Shown here: positions 17,107 through 26,892 of the stretch, in pieces | Layout: each line of letters opens with the position of its first letter | Position numbering within the stretch: position 1 is the first letter of the stretch | Source: Oscillospiraceae bacterium | Lineage (GTDB): Bacteria > Bacillota > Clostridia > Oscillospirales > UBA929 | Reading direction: 5' to 3' | DNA length: 41,685 nt | Assembly: GCA_031271665.1 (NCBI GenBank) | Contig: JAISVI010000060.1 | Coordinates: 1 to 41,685 of the forward strand | The notes under the pieces: generated by a model | The model's database searches: none | What the model was told of the DNA's origin: nothing | What the model saw: only the letters and a program-made list of their open reading frames with translations | Program-made: the position numbers and the translations under genes

Positions 17107-18245
17107 CTCCGCTCGCCTCTTGCCTCGTTGATTAGCCCGTCAAACGTCGAGCTGTTCGTGTTAGTTAAGCGGAATGCCTCGGTGTGCAAAGTCCTTCCTT
17201 CATGCAGGCTTGCGTGCAGCGCAAACAAAAACTTATGGTCAATTCGGCTTGCTTGCGTTTTGTAATAATCACCGCCACTAGACGCCTGCTGATTTTTAAC
17301 CGCGATTCTTACAAGAGAGATGAACTGGTTATATTCATTTAGCGATATAAAACCACTGTCAAGCGCTCTGCGAGCGATGACGGTTTTACTGCATTTGAAG
17401 GACATGGAAACAGAGTTGATTTTCTCAATCGCTTCACCGTCTGCTTTCTCCCATTTTCCCCTAAATACCGCTATTGGCACGAGGAGTTCAGCGGTTACGG
17501 CATTGCATAAAGTTTCATGTGGATTTATAAAGTGGGAGTCTCCTGCACTCGCATTGAATAAACTACTCGTGCCAATGCCGATATGCGCAAACTCGTGAAA
17601 CAACGAAAATAGCATTCCACCCCGTGAATCGGCGGCGTTTATGAAAATTAAAGGAGCGTATTCGTCAACGAGTGTGAACGCCCGAAATTCATCAACGTTC
17701 AATGCCCTATGAGTGTTCGAGCCAACAATACCGTTCATCATAACGAGAACGCCGGTATTGCTTATGGCTTTACGAACATGCTTGAAAGCGTCTTCAACAT
17801 TCTTAACGTTCTCGTACCAATTCACTGGAAGCGATAAAATCTTTCGTATGGCCACAGCAACACTAAGGGCATCTCTATTCGACGGCAAAGAGCCGACAAA
17901 GGATACCTTTTCGCCGTTGGAGCCAATGACATATTCGCGCATCCACTCCTGCACATTCTCCATTTGCCTCACCGTGTCCATAAGATCGCGACTTGGGTTT
18001 TGCAGGCTAATGCTGTCAACGGTGCGAAATTCCAGTATCTTAAACTTCTCGGTCGGTGGCGTACTTAAGAAAAAGTAACCGAACGGAATGCGTGTCTTTT
18101 GACTGAAGTCTTCAAGCTGATTGAACGTGGGCTGCTTCTCACCGCTTCTCCACAAATCAAGATAAGCTTGATTGTTGCTGTTCAAATGAACAGCCGAACT
18201 TATCCAATTCCATATATTGTTTGACACTTGCACATAATTTGGCAT
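17103..18245 (-). CDS. ImmA/IrrE-family (DUF955) metallopeptidase with N-terminal HTH remnant
   Basis: WRSGEKQPTFNQL HTH end, FRAFTL...PLIFIN, HEXXH motif LFHEFAHI, ETLCNAVTAELL. Confidence 0.87.
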   Translation of the reverse strand: MPNYVQVSNNIWNWISSAVHLNSNNQAYLDLWRSGEKQPTFNQLEDFSQKTRIPFGYFFLSTPPTEKFKILEFRTVDSISLQNPSRDLMDTVRQMENVQEWMREYVIGSNGEKVSFVGSLPSNRDALSVAVAIRKILSLPVNWYENVKNVEDAFKHVRKAISNTGVLVMMNGIVGSNTHRALNVDEFRAFTLVDEYAPLIFINAADSRGGMLFSLFHEFAHIGIGTSSLFNASAGDSHFINPHETLCNAVTAELLVPIAVFRGKWEKADGEAIEKINSVSMSFKCSKTVIARRALDSGFISLNEYNQFISLVRIAVKNQQASSGGDYYKTQASRIDHKFLFALHASLHEGRTLHTEAFRLTNTNSSTFDGLINEARGERR

Positions 18246-18311
18246 CACGCCCACCTCCCTCAATCACGCCCATTCTATTATACAGCATTTGTTCCCGATT
18301 TTCAAAAGAAA

Positions 18312-19481
18312 TTAATTGCCGCGCCCCGCCAGACGCCGCGTCTTCTCCGTCATGGCGGTCATCACGCCGGCGAGGATAAGCAGAACCAAGGGATAAAGCC
18401 ATATGCCGATATGGTTTGCCAAAAGGCCGAACAGCGGGGGCATAAAGGTCGCGCCGATATAGGCGCTTGCCATCTGCACGCCTATGACCGCCTGGGAGTT
18501 TCCTTCCCCGAAATTGGCCGGGGTGGAGTGTATTATTGACGGATATACGGGCGCGCAGCCAAGCCCCGTCACGACAAGGCCGCACAGGCACACGGCGTCC
18601 GTCCCCAAAGGCAGCCAAACCATCGCAAGCCCCGCAAGCGTAACGACGCATCCAATGCGCATCATTGCCGAGTCCCCGGCTCTGTCGGCGGCGAAACCGC
18701 AGACAAAACGCCCCGCCGTAATGCCAAGATAGAACATCGAGGCAAACCTTGCCGCCGCGTCCGCGTCCATACCCCTGTCCAGCACAAGGTAGCTGCTTGC
18801 CCAAAGCCCCGCAGTCGCCTCCAGCGCGCAGTATGCGAAGAAGGCGGCGAGAACATACCCAACGCCTTTTATGCGCAGAATCCGCGAAAGGCTAAGCGCC
18901 TTAGTCCGCGCCCGCGTCCCGTCGGTGCCGCCCTCTTTTCTTTTCCACAGCGGAAGGCTTGCAAACATCGCGGCGGCCAGAACGGCCTGGATGGCCGCCA
19001 CAGCCGCATAGCCGCCGGACCAGCCCGCGCCGGACGCAATGGCAAAGCCCATGATGTACGGGCTTACCGCCGCGCCGACGCCCCAACAGCAGTGAAGCCA
19101 GCTCATATGGCGCGAGGAATAGTGAAGCGCGACGAAGTTGTTAAGCGCCGCGTCAATCGCGCCCGCCCCAAGTCCGTAAGGCACCGCCCAAACGCAAAGC
19201 ATCCAGAAGCTCCCCGATACAGAAAAGCCGAACAGCGCCCCGGCGGTCGCAAGAACGCTTGCCGCCGTGACAAGCCCCGCGCCGAACTTTTTTGTAAGTC
19301 TTTCCGACATAAGGCTTGAAAAAATCGTCCCGCAGGAAATGATCATAGTCACGATTCCCGCGAATGAAACGGGCGAATCCGTCTCAAGACGCATGACCGG
19401 CCAAGCCGCCCCCAGAAGCGAGTCGGGCAGTCCAAGGCTTATAAACGCCGCGTATATAAAAGCAAGCAGTAACGAAAGCAT
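18312..19481 (-). CDS. MFS transporter
   Basis: About 12 hydrophobic segments; AFISLGLPDSLLGAAWP and GAGAIDAALNN motifs. Confidence 0.9.
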   Translation of the reverse strand: MLSLLLAFIYAAFISLGLPDSLLGAAWPVMRLETDSPVSFAGIVTMIISCGTIFSSLMSERLTKKFGAGLVTAASVLATAGALFGFSVSGSFWMLCVWAVPYGLGAGAIDAALNNFVALHYSSRHMSWLHCCWGVGAAVSPYIMGFAIASGAGWSGGYAAVAAIQAVLAAAMFASLPLWKRKEGGTDGTRARTKALSLSRILRIKGVGYVLAAFFAYCALEATAGLWASSYLVLDRGMDADAAARFASMFYLGITAGRFVCGFAADRAGDSAMMRIGCVVTLAGLAMVWLPLGTDAVCLCGLVVTGLGCAPVYPSIIHSTPANFGEGNSQAVIGVQMASAYIGATFMPPLFGLLANHIGIWLYPLVLLILAGVMTAMTEKTRRLAGRGN

Positions 19482-19562
19482 AAATCACCCCGTAAAGAAC
19501 CCTGTCCGGCGGATTCCGCCGCGCCCGCGAAGAGCGGCCGCCATGCCCGCGAAGAGCCGCTG

Positions 19563-19591
19563 TGGACATAATGTCCGGGCTGTGCTATGAT
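19563..19591 (+). promoter_or_regulatory. Putative sigma-A promoter of holA-rnmV
   Basis: TGGACA-N17-TATGAT with extended TG; palindrome GGACAT-A-ATGTCC over the -35. Confidence 0.55.
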
Positions 19592-19612
19592 TGCTTTATT
19601 GAGGTGAACGCG

Positions 19613-20635
19613 GTGGAAGACGCCCTTGATATCCTTAAAGGCCAAATTAAAGAAAACCGGATCGGAAGGCTTTATGTGTTCCACGGCCCGGAGAGTTTTC
19701 TGCGCGAGCATTACCTGCGCCAAATACGCCAAAAGCTTGTAAGCCCGGAACTGGAGGGGTTCGACTTGGAAACCCTTAACGGTTCCGGCCTTGATTTCCC
19801 CGCGCTGCGCGACGCGGTCGAGTGTGTGCCTATGTCGGGCGGGCGGCGGGTCGTCATTGTCTCGGACTATGCGCTGTTTGCGCTTAACGCGGAAACGTCC
19901 GGGCATATGGCGGGGCTTATAGAAGACCTTCCGGAAAGCGTGTGCCTTGTGTTCCATTACGATACGCTTGCGTATAAGGCCGACGGGCGCAGCAAGCTTA
20001 CCCAAGCGGTTAAAAAGTACGGCCTTATCGTGGAGTTCGCGCTTCAAAAAGAGGATCAGCTTATCCGCTGGGCGCACCGCCATTTTGCCGCCGAGGGCAA
20101 GGAAATAGGACGCGAGGAGCTTAGTAAGCTTATTTTCCTTTGCGGCGCGGATATGCACAACCTTAGAAACGAGATAGGCAAGCTTGCCTGCGGCGTCGGG
20201 GGCGCGTCCGTCACGAAGGACGATATAGACAAATTCGTCATACCCACCGCCGAGGCGGGCGTCTTCGCCCTTACCAACGCCATCGCGGCGGGCAGACAGA
20301 AAAAGGCCGCGCAGATACTGCGCGATTTGACCGTGTCGGGGGCCGAGCCGCCGGTGAAGATTTTAAGCGTTGTCACAAGGCAGATGCTTAATCTTTACGC
20401 GGCGCGTCTTTTGCTTGAAAACAAAAAAGGCGGCCAGGCGCTTCAAACGATGTGCGGCATGAACAGCAGCTATCAGGCCAAGATAACCCTTGAAGCGGCG
20501 CGTACGCGCAGACTTCCGTGGTTCAGGCGCGCGCTTGGCTTTTGCTTCGACGCGGACATCACCCTTAAAGGCGGCGCGGGCCGCGAGCGCGCGCTTGAAC
20601 TTTTGCTTGGCCGGCTTTTCGCCTATGAAGAATAG
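19613..20635 (+). CDS. holA: DNA polymerase III delta subunit
   Basis: LYVFHGPESFL, PM...RRVVIV, NEIGKL and VFALTNAI motifs; GTG start after GAGGTG. Confidence 0.88.
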   Translation: MEDALDILKGQIKENRIGRLYVFHGPESFLREHYLRQIRQKLVSPELEGFDLETLNGSGLDFPALRDAVECVPMSGGRRVVIVSDYALFALNAETSGHMAGLIEDLPESVCLVFHYDTLAYKADGRSKLTQAVKKYGLIVEFALQKEDQLIRWAHRHFAAEGKEIGREELSKLIFLCGADMHNLRNEIGKLACGVGGASVTKDDIDKFVIPTAEAGVFALTNAIAAGRQKKAAQILRDLTVSGAEPPVKILSVVTRQMLNLYAARLLLENKKGGQALQTMCGMNSSYQAKITLEAARTRRLPWFRRALGFCFDADITLKGGAGRERALELLLGRLFAYEE

Positions 20636-20638
20636 CGC

Positions 20639-21229
20639 ATGATACGGATAAACGAGGTTATTTTGGTCGAGGGGCGCTATGACAAAAACGCCCTTAAACA
20701 GGCGGTTGACGCGGTCGTCCTTGAAACGCGCGGCTTCGGCGTGTTCCGCGACGAAGAACTGCGCGCGCTTCTAAGGCGGCTTGCCGATAAGCGCGGCATT
20801 ATAGTTTTAACCGACAGCGACAGCGCCGGTTTCTTAATACGCAACCACCTTAAAGGCATTCTGCCGCCGGGGCGCGTAAAGCACGCCTTTATCCCGGACA
20901 TCCCCGGGAAAGAGCGCCGCAAACGCGCCGGAAGCGCCGAGGGGAAACTTGGCGTAGAGGGAATGTCCCCGGAAGCGCTTATAAAAGCCCTTTTGGACGC
21001 GGGCGCGACGGTCGCGGGCGAACATTGCGAAGAAACGCCGCGCGGCGGCATAACCAAGGCGGACATGTTCGCCTTGGGACTAAGCGGAAGCCCCGACAGC
21101 GCCCAAAGACGCGCCAAGCTTCTTAAAAAGCTTGCCCTCCCCGAGCACATGACCGCCAACGCCCTTCTGGAAACGCTTAACCTTCTGTACACAAAAGAAG
21201 AAGCCAGTCAATTGACAATTGATAATTGA
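20639..21229 (+). CDS. rnmV: Ribonuclease M5-like (Toprim + DUF4093)
   Basis: ILVEGRYDK, GIIVLTDSDSAGFLIR, LGVEG and RRAKLLKKL motifs. Confidence 0.8.
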   Translation: MIRINEVILVEGRYDKNALKQAVDAVVLETRGFGVFRDEELRALLRRLADKRGIIVLTDSDSAGFLIRNHLKGILPPGRVKHAFIPDIPGKERRKRAGSAEGKLGVEGMSPEALIKALLDAGATVAGEHCEETPRGGITKADMFALGLSGSPDSAQRRAKLLKKLALPEHMTANALLETLNLLYTKEEASQLTIDN

Positions 21230-21311
21230 CATTTGACAATGAATATAACAGTGAACGGCCGCCAAAGGCATGGCCGTTCACTGTTAACTGTTCGTTGTTA
21301 ACCGTTAACTG
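21209..21311. repeat. Heptamer repeat arms forming a hairpin between convergent genes (probable terminator)
   Basis: CAAT TGACAAT TGATAAT TGACATT TGACAAT, then TAACAGTGAACGGCC...GGCCGTTCACTGTTA ACTGTTC GTTGTTA ACCGTTA. Confidence 0.85.
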
Positions 21312-21313
21312 AT

Positions 21314-22537
21314 CTAAATCCAGCCAAGCGCCTTTCCGACGCTTAAAAGGAAGCCCGCCGCGACAGCCGAGCCGATAACGCCGGCCACGTTCGGACCCAT
21401 GGCGTGCATCAGAAGATAGTTGCTTGGGTTATACTTCGAGCCGACGTTCTGCGACACGCGCGCCGCCATCGGGACGGCGGACACCCCGGCCGAGCCGATA
21501 AGGGGGTTTACCTTGCCGCCGGTAACGGCGTACATAATCTTTCCGAACAGTACGCCGCCCGCCGTTGAAAACGAGAACGCAAGCAGGCCAAGCCCGATAA
21601 TAAGAAGGGTGCTTACCGACAAGAAGCCGACGTTCTTGCCGTCCTCACCGGCAATATAGCCCACCGAGGTCGCGCCCACCGTGGTGCTTAGGAAGATCGT
21701 AACGATGTTAAGAAGCGCGTTCTGCGCCGTGTCGCTTAAACGCTCGACAACGCCGGACTCGCGGAACAGATTGCCAAGCATAAAGCACCCGATAAGCGGG
21801 GCAACGTCCGGAAGAAGAAGTACGCAGAAAATCGTCACCGCGATGGGGAATATAATCTTGGTTGACTTCGACACGGGCTTTGCCTGGGTCATAACGGTCA
21901 TGCGCTCTTTATTCGTGGTCATCGCCTTCATAATTGGCGGCTGGATAAGTGGGATAAGCGCCATGTACGAATACGCCGCGATGGCAATCGGCCCAAGCAG
22001 GTGCGGGGCAAGCTTTGAGGTAAGGAATATGGCCGTCGGGCCGTCCGCGCCGCCGATAATGCCGATAGAGGCCGCCTCCGGGCCAAGAAACCCGACAAGG
22101 ATGGCAAGGATAAACGCGCAGTAAACGCCAAGCTGCGCCGCCGCGCCGAGAACCATTGACGACGGGCGCGCCAGCATCGGGCCGAAGTCGGTCATCGCGC
22201 CGATACCCATAAAGATAAGGCAGGGGTAGATATTAAGCTTCACGCCCAGATAAAGCACGTCAAGCAGTCCGCCCTCGTGCAGAACCTGGCTGAAACTTAT
22301 CTCCGCCATGGATTTCCCGGCAAAAAGCTCCATATGCATCATTCCGCTTAACGGAAGGTTTGCAAGAAGCATACCGAAGGCGATACCCATAAGAAGAAGC
22401 GGCTCGAACCCCTTGACAATCGCGAGGTACAGAAGCACGCAGGCGATAACGACCATCACCGCGTTTTCCCAGTGGTCAAAGATGCGCACAAAGCCGGAGT
22501 CGGTCCAAAGGCGCTGAAGGATTTCCCCGATATTCAT
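21314..22537 (-). CDS. oadB: Na+-translocating decarboxylase beta subunit
   Basis: FEPLLL, GAMTDFGP, IGIIGGADGPT, GVSAVPMAARV and HAMGPNVAGVIGSA motifs. Confidence 0.95.
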   Translation of the reverse strand: MNIGEILQRLWTDSGFVRIFDHWENAVMVVIACVLLYLAIVKGFEPLLLMGIAFGMLLANLPLSGMMHMELFAGKSMAEISFSQVLHEGGLLDVLYLGVKLNIYPCLIFMGIGAMTDFGPMLARPSSMVLGAAAQLGVYCAFILAILVGFLGPEAASIGIIGGADGPTAIFLTSKLAPHLLGPIAIAAYSYMALIPLIQPPIMKAMTTNKERMTVMTQAKPVSKSTKIIFPIAVTIFCVLLLPDVAPLIGCFMLGNLFRESGVVERLSDTAQNALLNIVTIFLSTTVGATSVGYIAGEDGKNVGFLSVSTLLIIGLGLLAFSFSTAGGVLFGKIMYAVTGGKVNPLIGSAGVSAVPMAARVSQNVGSKYNPSNYLLMHAMGPNVAGVIGSAVAAGFLLSVGKALGWI

Positions 22538-22551
22538 TTGGCCACTCCCCT

Positions 22552-22947
22552 TTATTGAAGCATAAGCAGCGGCGCGCCGGTTTCCACCACCGAGCCCTTA
22601 GAGGTTATTACCTGCGTCACCACGCCGTCGCGGGGAGCCAAGACCTCGTTCTCCATTTTCATGGCCTCGATAAGCACAAGCACCTGACCCTTTTTAACGC
22701 TTTCGCCCGCGGCGACCTTGATGCCAAGGATATTGCCGGGCAGCGGCGACGGTACAACCTCGCCCGCGCCGACGGGCGCGGCGGGTGCCGCGGCGGGGGC
22801 AGGCGACGGGGCAGCGGCGGCGGGTGCCGGGGCGGCAGCCGAAGCCGGTACGGCGGCGTCGGCAACGCTTACGAGTATGGCCTCGCCCTGTTCGACCTCT
22901 ACCTCGTATACCTTTTTATTAAGAGTGACTTTATACTTCATTTTCAC
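22552..22947 (-). CDS. Biotin carboxyl carrier subunit of the decarboxylase
   Basis: Ala/Pro-rich linker and EAMKMENE biotinylation motif. Confidence 0.93.
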   Translation of the reverse strand: MKMKYKVTLNKKVYEVEVEQGEAILVSVADAAVPASAAAPAPAAAAPSPAPAAAPAAPVGAGEVVPSPLPGNILGIKVAAGESVKKGQVLVLIEAMKMENEVLAPRDGVVTQVITSKGSVVETGAPLLMLQ

Positions 22948-22955
22948 TTATCCTC

Positions 22956-23339
22956 CTATATTTCGCGGATTGAGGTAAAGCGCAGGGTGTTAAGCGGGAC
23001 TTTAAGGTCGTCGGCGACGATCGCCATAAGAAGCGCGGCGGTTTGGTCGTCAACGGTGTGCAGGTCAATTTCCCCAAGGCTTCCCTGTGCGGGAATCATT
23101 CCGCTTGTGTCGCGCGCGGGTTGCGCGGCGGCGGTGCCGCCGGACGGAGAAGCGGCGGCGGGGGCTTCCGCCCCTGCGGGGGTCTGCGCGCCTTGCTTGC
23201 GGGCCGTAGACGCGGAGATTATCTTTATTACCACCACAAGCGCGATAAGCGCGAAGAATACCACGGCAAACCCGATAATACTAAGCAGAAGCGCGTCCGA
23301 GATACCAACCTCGCCCTTTGTTCCGGTGAGAAACAGCAT
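22956..23339 (-). CDS. OadG-family (gamma/delta) subunit
   Basis: Single TM (IIGFAVVFFALIAL), Ala/Pro linker, AALLMAIVA...LRFTSIREI. Confidence 0.85.
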   Translation of the reverse strand: MLFLTGTKGEVGISDALLLSIIGFAVVFFALIALVVVIKIISASTARKQGAQTPAGAEAPAAASPSGGTAAAQPARDTSGMIPAQGSLGEIDLHTVDDQTAALLMAIVADDLKVPLNTLRFTSIREI

Positions 23340-23353
23340 CGTTCCTTCCCCCT

Positions 23354-24733
23354 TTATGCTTTGACGATGGAATAGCTTACGCGGTTGCGCTCGATTACCT
23401 CGCGCCTTTCCGCGAATTTCTCGAAGACCTGCGGGAACACGATATAGCTAAGCACGTCTTCGTCATTGCGGGCCTTTTCGCCGATCTCGGCCTTGCCCGC
23501 CGCGAAGCCCGGGGCAAGCGTTTCGGCATAGCGCCCCGTGTAGGGCTTTTCTTCCCCAAGCACTTTCTTTATAAGCGCGGCGCTTACCGTTCCCGGCGGT
23601 GTGCCGTACTCGCCGCGCAGATAGGCCGTAACCTCTTTGGACACGTTCTTATACCTCTCGCCGACAAGGACGTTTGTCGCGGCCTGGACGCCGACGATCT
23701 GGCTTGTCGGGGTGACAAGCGGCGGATAGCCCATATCCTCGCGCACACGCGGAACCTCGGCAAGCACGTCGGGGAATTTGTCCATGGAGTTGGCGGCCTT
23801 AAGCTGTGAGATAAGGTTTGAAAGCATCCCGCCCGGCACTTGGTAGTTAAGGGCGTCCGTGTCCGTCATAAGGACTTTGGGGTCAAGCGTGCCGTCCTTG
23901 ACATAGGATTCCTGAATCGGGCGGAAATAGTCGTTGATTTTCTGAAGCACCGGGTAATCAATGCCGGTGTCAAAGCCCATTTCTTTAAGCGCGAAGGCAA
24001 GCGTTTCTGTCGCGGGCTGGCTTGTGCCGCCGGACATGCAGGAAATGGCGGTGTCGATAACGTCCGCGCCCGCCTCGATGCCCTTCAGATAAGTCATAAA
24101 GGCAAGCCCCGTCGTACAGTGCGTGTGCAGATGCAGCGTAAGCTTGGAGTTCTCTTTGATGGCCTTTACAAGGTCAAAGCATTCCTGCGGGTTCATAATG
24201 CCCGCCATGTCCTTGATGCAAAGGCTTGACGCGCCCATTTCCTCAATGCGCTTTATAAGCCCGACATAGTTTTCAAGGGTATGTACGGGGCTTGTGGTAT
24301 AGGAAATGGCCACCTGGGCTATACCGCCGTGCTTAATCGTCTCTTTGACCGACACTTCCAGGTTGCGAAGGTCGTTAAGCGCGTCGAATATGCGGATAAC
24401 GTCGATGCCGTTCTTAATCGAAAGCTCGACGAATTTGCGCACAACGTCGTCGGGGTAGTGCTTGTAGCCAAGCAGGTTCTGTCCGCGCAGAAGCATCTGA
24501 AGCTTTGTTTTGGTAACGCGCTTTTTAATGTCACGCAGACGAACCCACGGATCTTCGTCCAGATAGCGCAGACAGGTGTCGAAGGTCGCGCCCCCCCAGC
24601 ACTCGAGAGAGTAATAACCGGCCTTATCCATCGTTTCAAGGATATCCTTGAATTTGGAATACGGAAGGCGCGTGGCAATAAGCGATTGCCCCGCGTCGCG
24701 CAGGACTGTTTCCGTGAACTGCACCTTCTTCAT
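23354..24733 (-). CDS. oadA: Oxaloacetate decarboxylase alpha-type carboxyltransferase
   Basis: LRDAGQSL, ECWGGATFD, MLLRGQN, IKDMAG, HTHCT and GYPPLVTPTSQIVG motifs. No fused biotin domain. Confidence 0.88.
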   Translation of the reverse strand: MKKVQFTETVLRDAGQSLIATRLPYSKFKDILETMDKAGYYSLECWGGATFDTCLRYLDEDPWVRLRDIKKRVTKTKLQMLLRGQNLLGYKHYPDDVVRKFVELSIKNGIDVIRIFDALNDLRNLEVSVKETIKHGGIAQVAISYTTSPVHTLENYVGLIKRIEEMGASSLCIKDMAGIMNPQECFDLVKAIKENSKLTLHLHTHCTTGLAFMTYLKGIEAGADVIDTAISCMSGGTSQPATETLAFALKEMGFDTGIDYPVLQKINDYFRPIQESYVKDGTLDPKVLMTDTDALNYQVPGGMLSNLISQLKAANSMDKFPDVLAEVPRVREDMGYPPLVTPTSQIVGVQAATNVLVGERYKNVSKEVTAYLRGEYGTPPGTVSAALIKKVLGEEKPYTGRYAETLAPGFAAGKAEIGEKARNDEDVLSYIVFPQVFEKFAERREVIERNRVSYSIVKA

Positions 24734-24790
24734 ACTATATCCCCCTGTAGTAGTATTCGGGCAAAGCCCGGTATGTCCGTAACGGGAAAG

Positions 24791-24819
24791 ACTATATCAC
24801 AGATAAGTCTGAATGGCAA
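24791..24819 (-). promoter_or_regulatory. Putative sigma-A promoter of the decarboxylase operon
   Basis: Minus strand TTGCCA-N17-TATAGT with extended TG. Confidence 0.6.
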
Positions 24820-25096
24820 TAAAATTGTCAGGCTTTTTTATCGCTGAGTCAGGCTTTTTTATCGCTGCTTTTTTATCGCTGCCGCCGGCCAGTGAATCAA
24901 TATCGGACGCGGCGGGCAGCGCCTCCCCGCGTTCAAGCACCTCTTCAATGCGTCTTTCAAGCACGTCCTTTGCCATAATAACCGCTTCCTCAAGCGTTGC
25001 TCCTTCGGTGTAGCATGGCTGAATATCCGGAAACTTTACAAAGAACCCGCGTTCCTCTCTGGTGAACACGGCAGGATACACGTATTTCATTTTCAT
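24797..25096 (-). CDS. hicB: HicB-family antitoxin, N-terminal domain only (probably truncated)
   Basis: MKYVYPAVF...FFVKFPDIQPCYTEGATLEEAVIMAKDVL...LPAAS. The C-terminus runs through a tandem repeat; no hicA nearby. Confidence 0.75.
   Translation of the reverse strand: MKMKYVYPAVFTREERGFFVKFPDIQPCYTEGATLEEAVIMAKDVLERRIEEVLERGEALPAASDIDSLAGGSDKKAAIKKPDSAIKKPDNFIAIQTYL
24827..24881. repeat. Short direct repeats
   Basis: GTCAGGCTTTTTTATCGCTG twice (24827-24846, 24848-24867) plus CTTTTTTATCGCTG. Confidence 0.9.
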
Positions 25097-25137
25097 GGCA
25101 GAACCCCCTTGGTTATTTCAATTTTGCATCTGTCAAT

Positions 25138-25569
25138 CTATATACAATCATTCATCGGAGAACTGCCAAATTTCCTTTTATGTCCACCGGCTTTCCAGTC
25201 TCTCAATCGTTTTCCGCGTAATGTCGCCTTTGTTGTTGCGGTATTAAGGACTAAGCAAAAATAACAAGTTGCGCCATGCAGTTCGGGTTGCAACATGCGA
25301 TATGACTGCTGCAATTGATCGATAGCATGCTTGATTTTTTTGTAACTTGATAATTCTATGAAGTAAGCAGCGTTTTTGTCGTCATTAATTACCAGAAAAT
25401 CACACCGTATAGGCTGAGTATTTGGAGGGAAAATATCCCCATCCAGTTTATACTGCCGAACGTGATTTTTATCGCAATTGTATGCATTGTGTACGATCTT
25501 GTTTTCTGACGAGATTATATGTTCCTCTTGTGGCGAACAACGAGATTTGGCATTTCTAAGATATTCCAT
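25138..25569 (-). CDS. Hypothetical PD-(D/E)XK-like partner of the AAA ATPase
   Basis: RCDFLV...AYFIELS...HAIDQL; overlaps the ATPase 3' end; AT-rich. Confidence 0.55.
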   Translation of the reverse strand: MEYLRNAKSRCSPQEEHIISSENKIVHNAYNCDKNHVRQYKLDGDIFPPNTQPIRCDFLVINDDKNAAYFIELSSYKKIKHAIDQLQQSYRMLQPELHGATCYFCLVLNTATTKATLRGKRLRDWKAGGHKRKFGSSPMNDCI

Positions 25570-26830
25570 CAAGTTGTGTCTCCTTTTGATGAATGTACTT
25601 ATCGAATAACCAGTCAAAGCTATCATTTATATCTCCGGACACACCATCAATAAGTTCGTTAATAATCAATCCGTCTGTGTCAGACAACGCAACTTTCACT
25701 TGCCTTTCATCTATGTGAAAAGCACCAAATTGTTTAGGTAACAGCCATTTCCGCTTATGAATTCTGCTCTTTACATCTTCGTCTAAGAGCTTGCCACACA
25801 AAAGCAATACATTAAACTGCGCGAGTATATACGGGCTATGCGTTGTTACCATAACCGAGTTTTTCGCGTGCGCAAATCCATTTCTGGCAAATATGCTTAG
25901 AAGCTCAACAATTTTCGCCTGTGCGTCAGGATATAGATGGGCTTCAGGTTCTTCAACTATAAACAGAACATTTCTATTGTGATAAGTCAAATACTGCATA
26001 ATATTCAGAACCCACAGGGCTTCCTGTTGTCCTGATGAAGCAAAGTTGATTTTTACATATTTAGATTTGCCATAATAAAGGCGCTCTTGATAATCCTCAT
26101 ATTTATAAACTCCACCCAAAAGTTTTTCACTCTCACTATGAAGCAAGTTAAATACACGCATCATTTCATCATCCTCTTTATTCGGCGAGGGTGCTGCCTC
26201 CGCAAAGAAGGGCCGTGCCTTAATAATAAGTCTTAGGAATTCACGTGTACTATAGTCAATTTTCTCAGAAAACTCTTTGTCCGCTTGCAACATAAAATAG
26301 TTAAGCACATCTGTAAGCAAAGTAATCATACTTCTGCCAGCAGGAACGAACACAACATCCGCATTATCATCAAAAACTTCAAAAACGCGCTGACTAATGC
26401 GCTCGAAATCTCTTGTGGATATTTGCGTTGTCATCATTTTACCTATATCATACATTTTATCTTCCAGTGAATGACTGAATTCCACGTTGTAATACTTATC
26501 GCTGCTAAGAGTTATGGTAGTTTGCACTTTATCCGAGAAGAAGTATTCCACTTTCATTGTCGAAGGCATAATAAAAGATGGCCCAAATAACAGTTTGAGC
26601 TTTTCTTTCAAAACATGTTGTAGTTCATGTTTGATACTTACACTCTTTCCTTGTATTTCATCTTTTGAAATTAAATCAATCAGCTCGTTTTTAATCGTAC
26701 GAAAAAAATACACTAATCTTACAATCGTGCTTTTACCACTGGCTTGTGATCCCGTGAAAACTAAAAACTCATTCATTTCTATTTCGCATTTAGTTAAGGG
26801 TCCAAAATTGTTGATTGTAATTTTATGCAT
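25556..26830 (-). CDS. ABC-type AAA ATPase (AAA_15/AAA_21, AbiEii/OLD-like)
   Basis: ITINNFGP, GSQASGKST, FVPAGRS, ASSGQQ, IVEEPEAHLYP and VTTHSPY motifs. Confidence 0.88.
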   Translation of the reverse strand: MHKITINNFGPLTKCEIEMNEFLVFTGSQASGKSTIVRLVYFFRTIKNELIDLISKDEIQGKSVSIKHELQHVLKEKLKLLFGPSFIMPSTMKVEYFFSDKVQTTITLSSDKYYNVEFSHSLEDKMYDIGKMMTTQISTRDFERISQRVFEVFDDNADVVFVPAGRSMITLLTDVLNYFMLQADKEFSEKIDYSTREFLRLIIKARPFFAEAAPSPNKEDDEMMRVFNLLHSESEKLLGGVYKYEDYQERLYYGKSKYVKINFASSGQQEALWVLNIMQYLTYHNRNVLFIVEEPEAHLYPDAQAKIVELLSIFARNGFAHAKNSVMVTTHSPYILAQFNVLLLCGKLLDEDVKSRIHKRKWLLPKQFGAFHIDERQVKVALSDTDGLIINELIDGVSGDINDSFDWLFDKYIHQKETQLDGIS

Positions 26831-26862
26831 AACTGCTCCTCTTCATAACAGATTGTGGAAAG

Positions 26863-26892
26863 ATAATATCATAGACTTTCTTGAACTGTCAA
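26863..26892 (-). promoter_or_regulatory. Putative sigma-A promoter of the ATPase island
   Basis: Minus strand TTGACA-N18-TATTAT. Confidence 0.5.
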
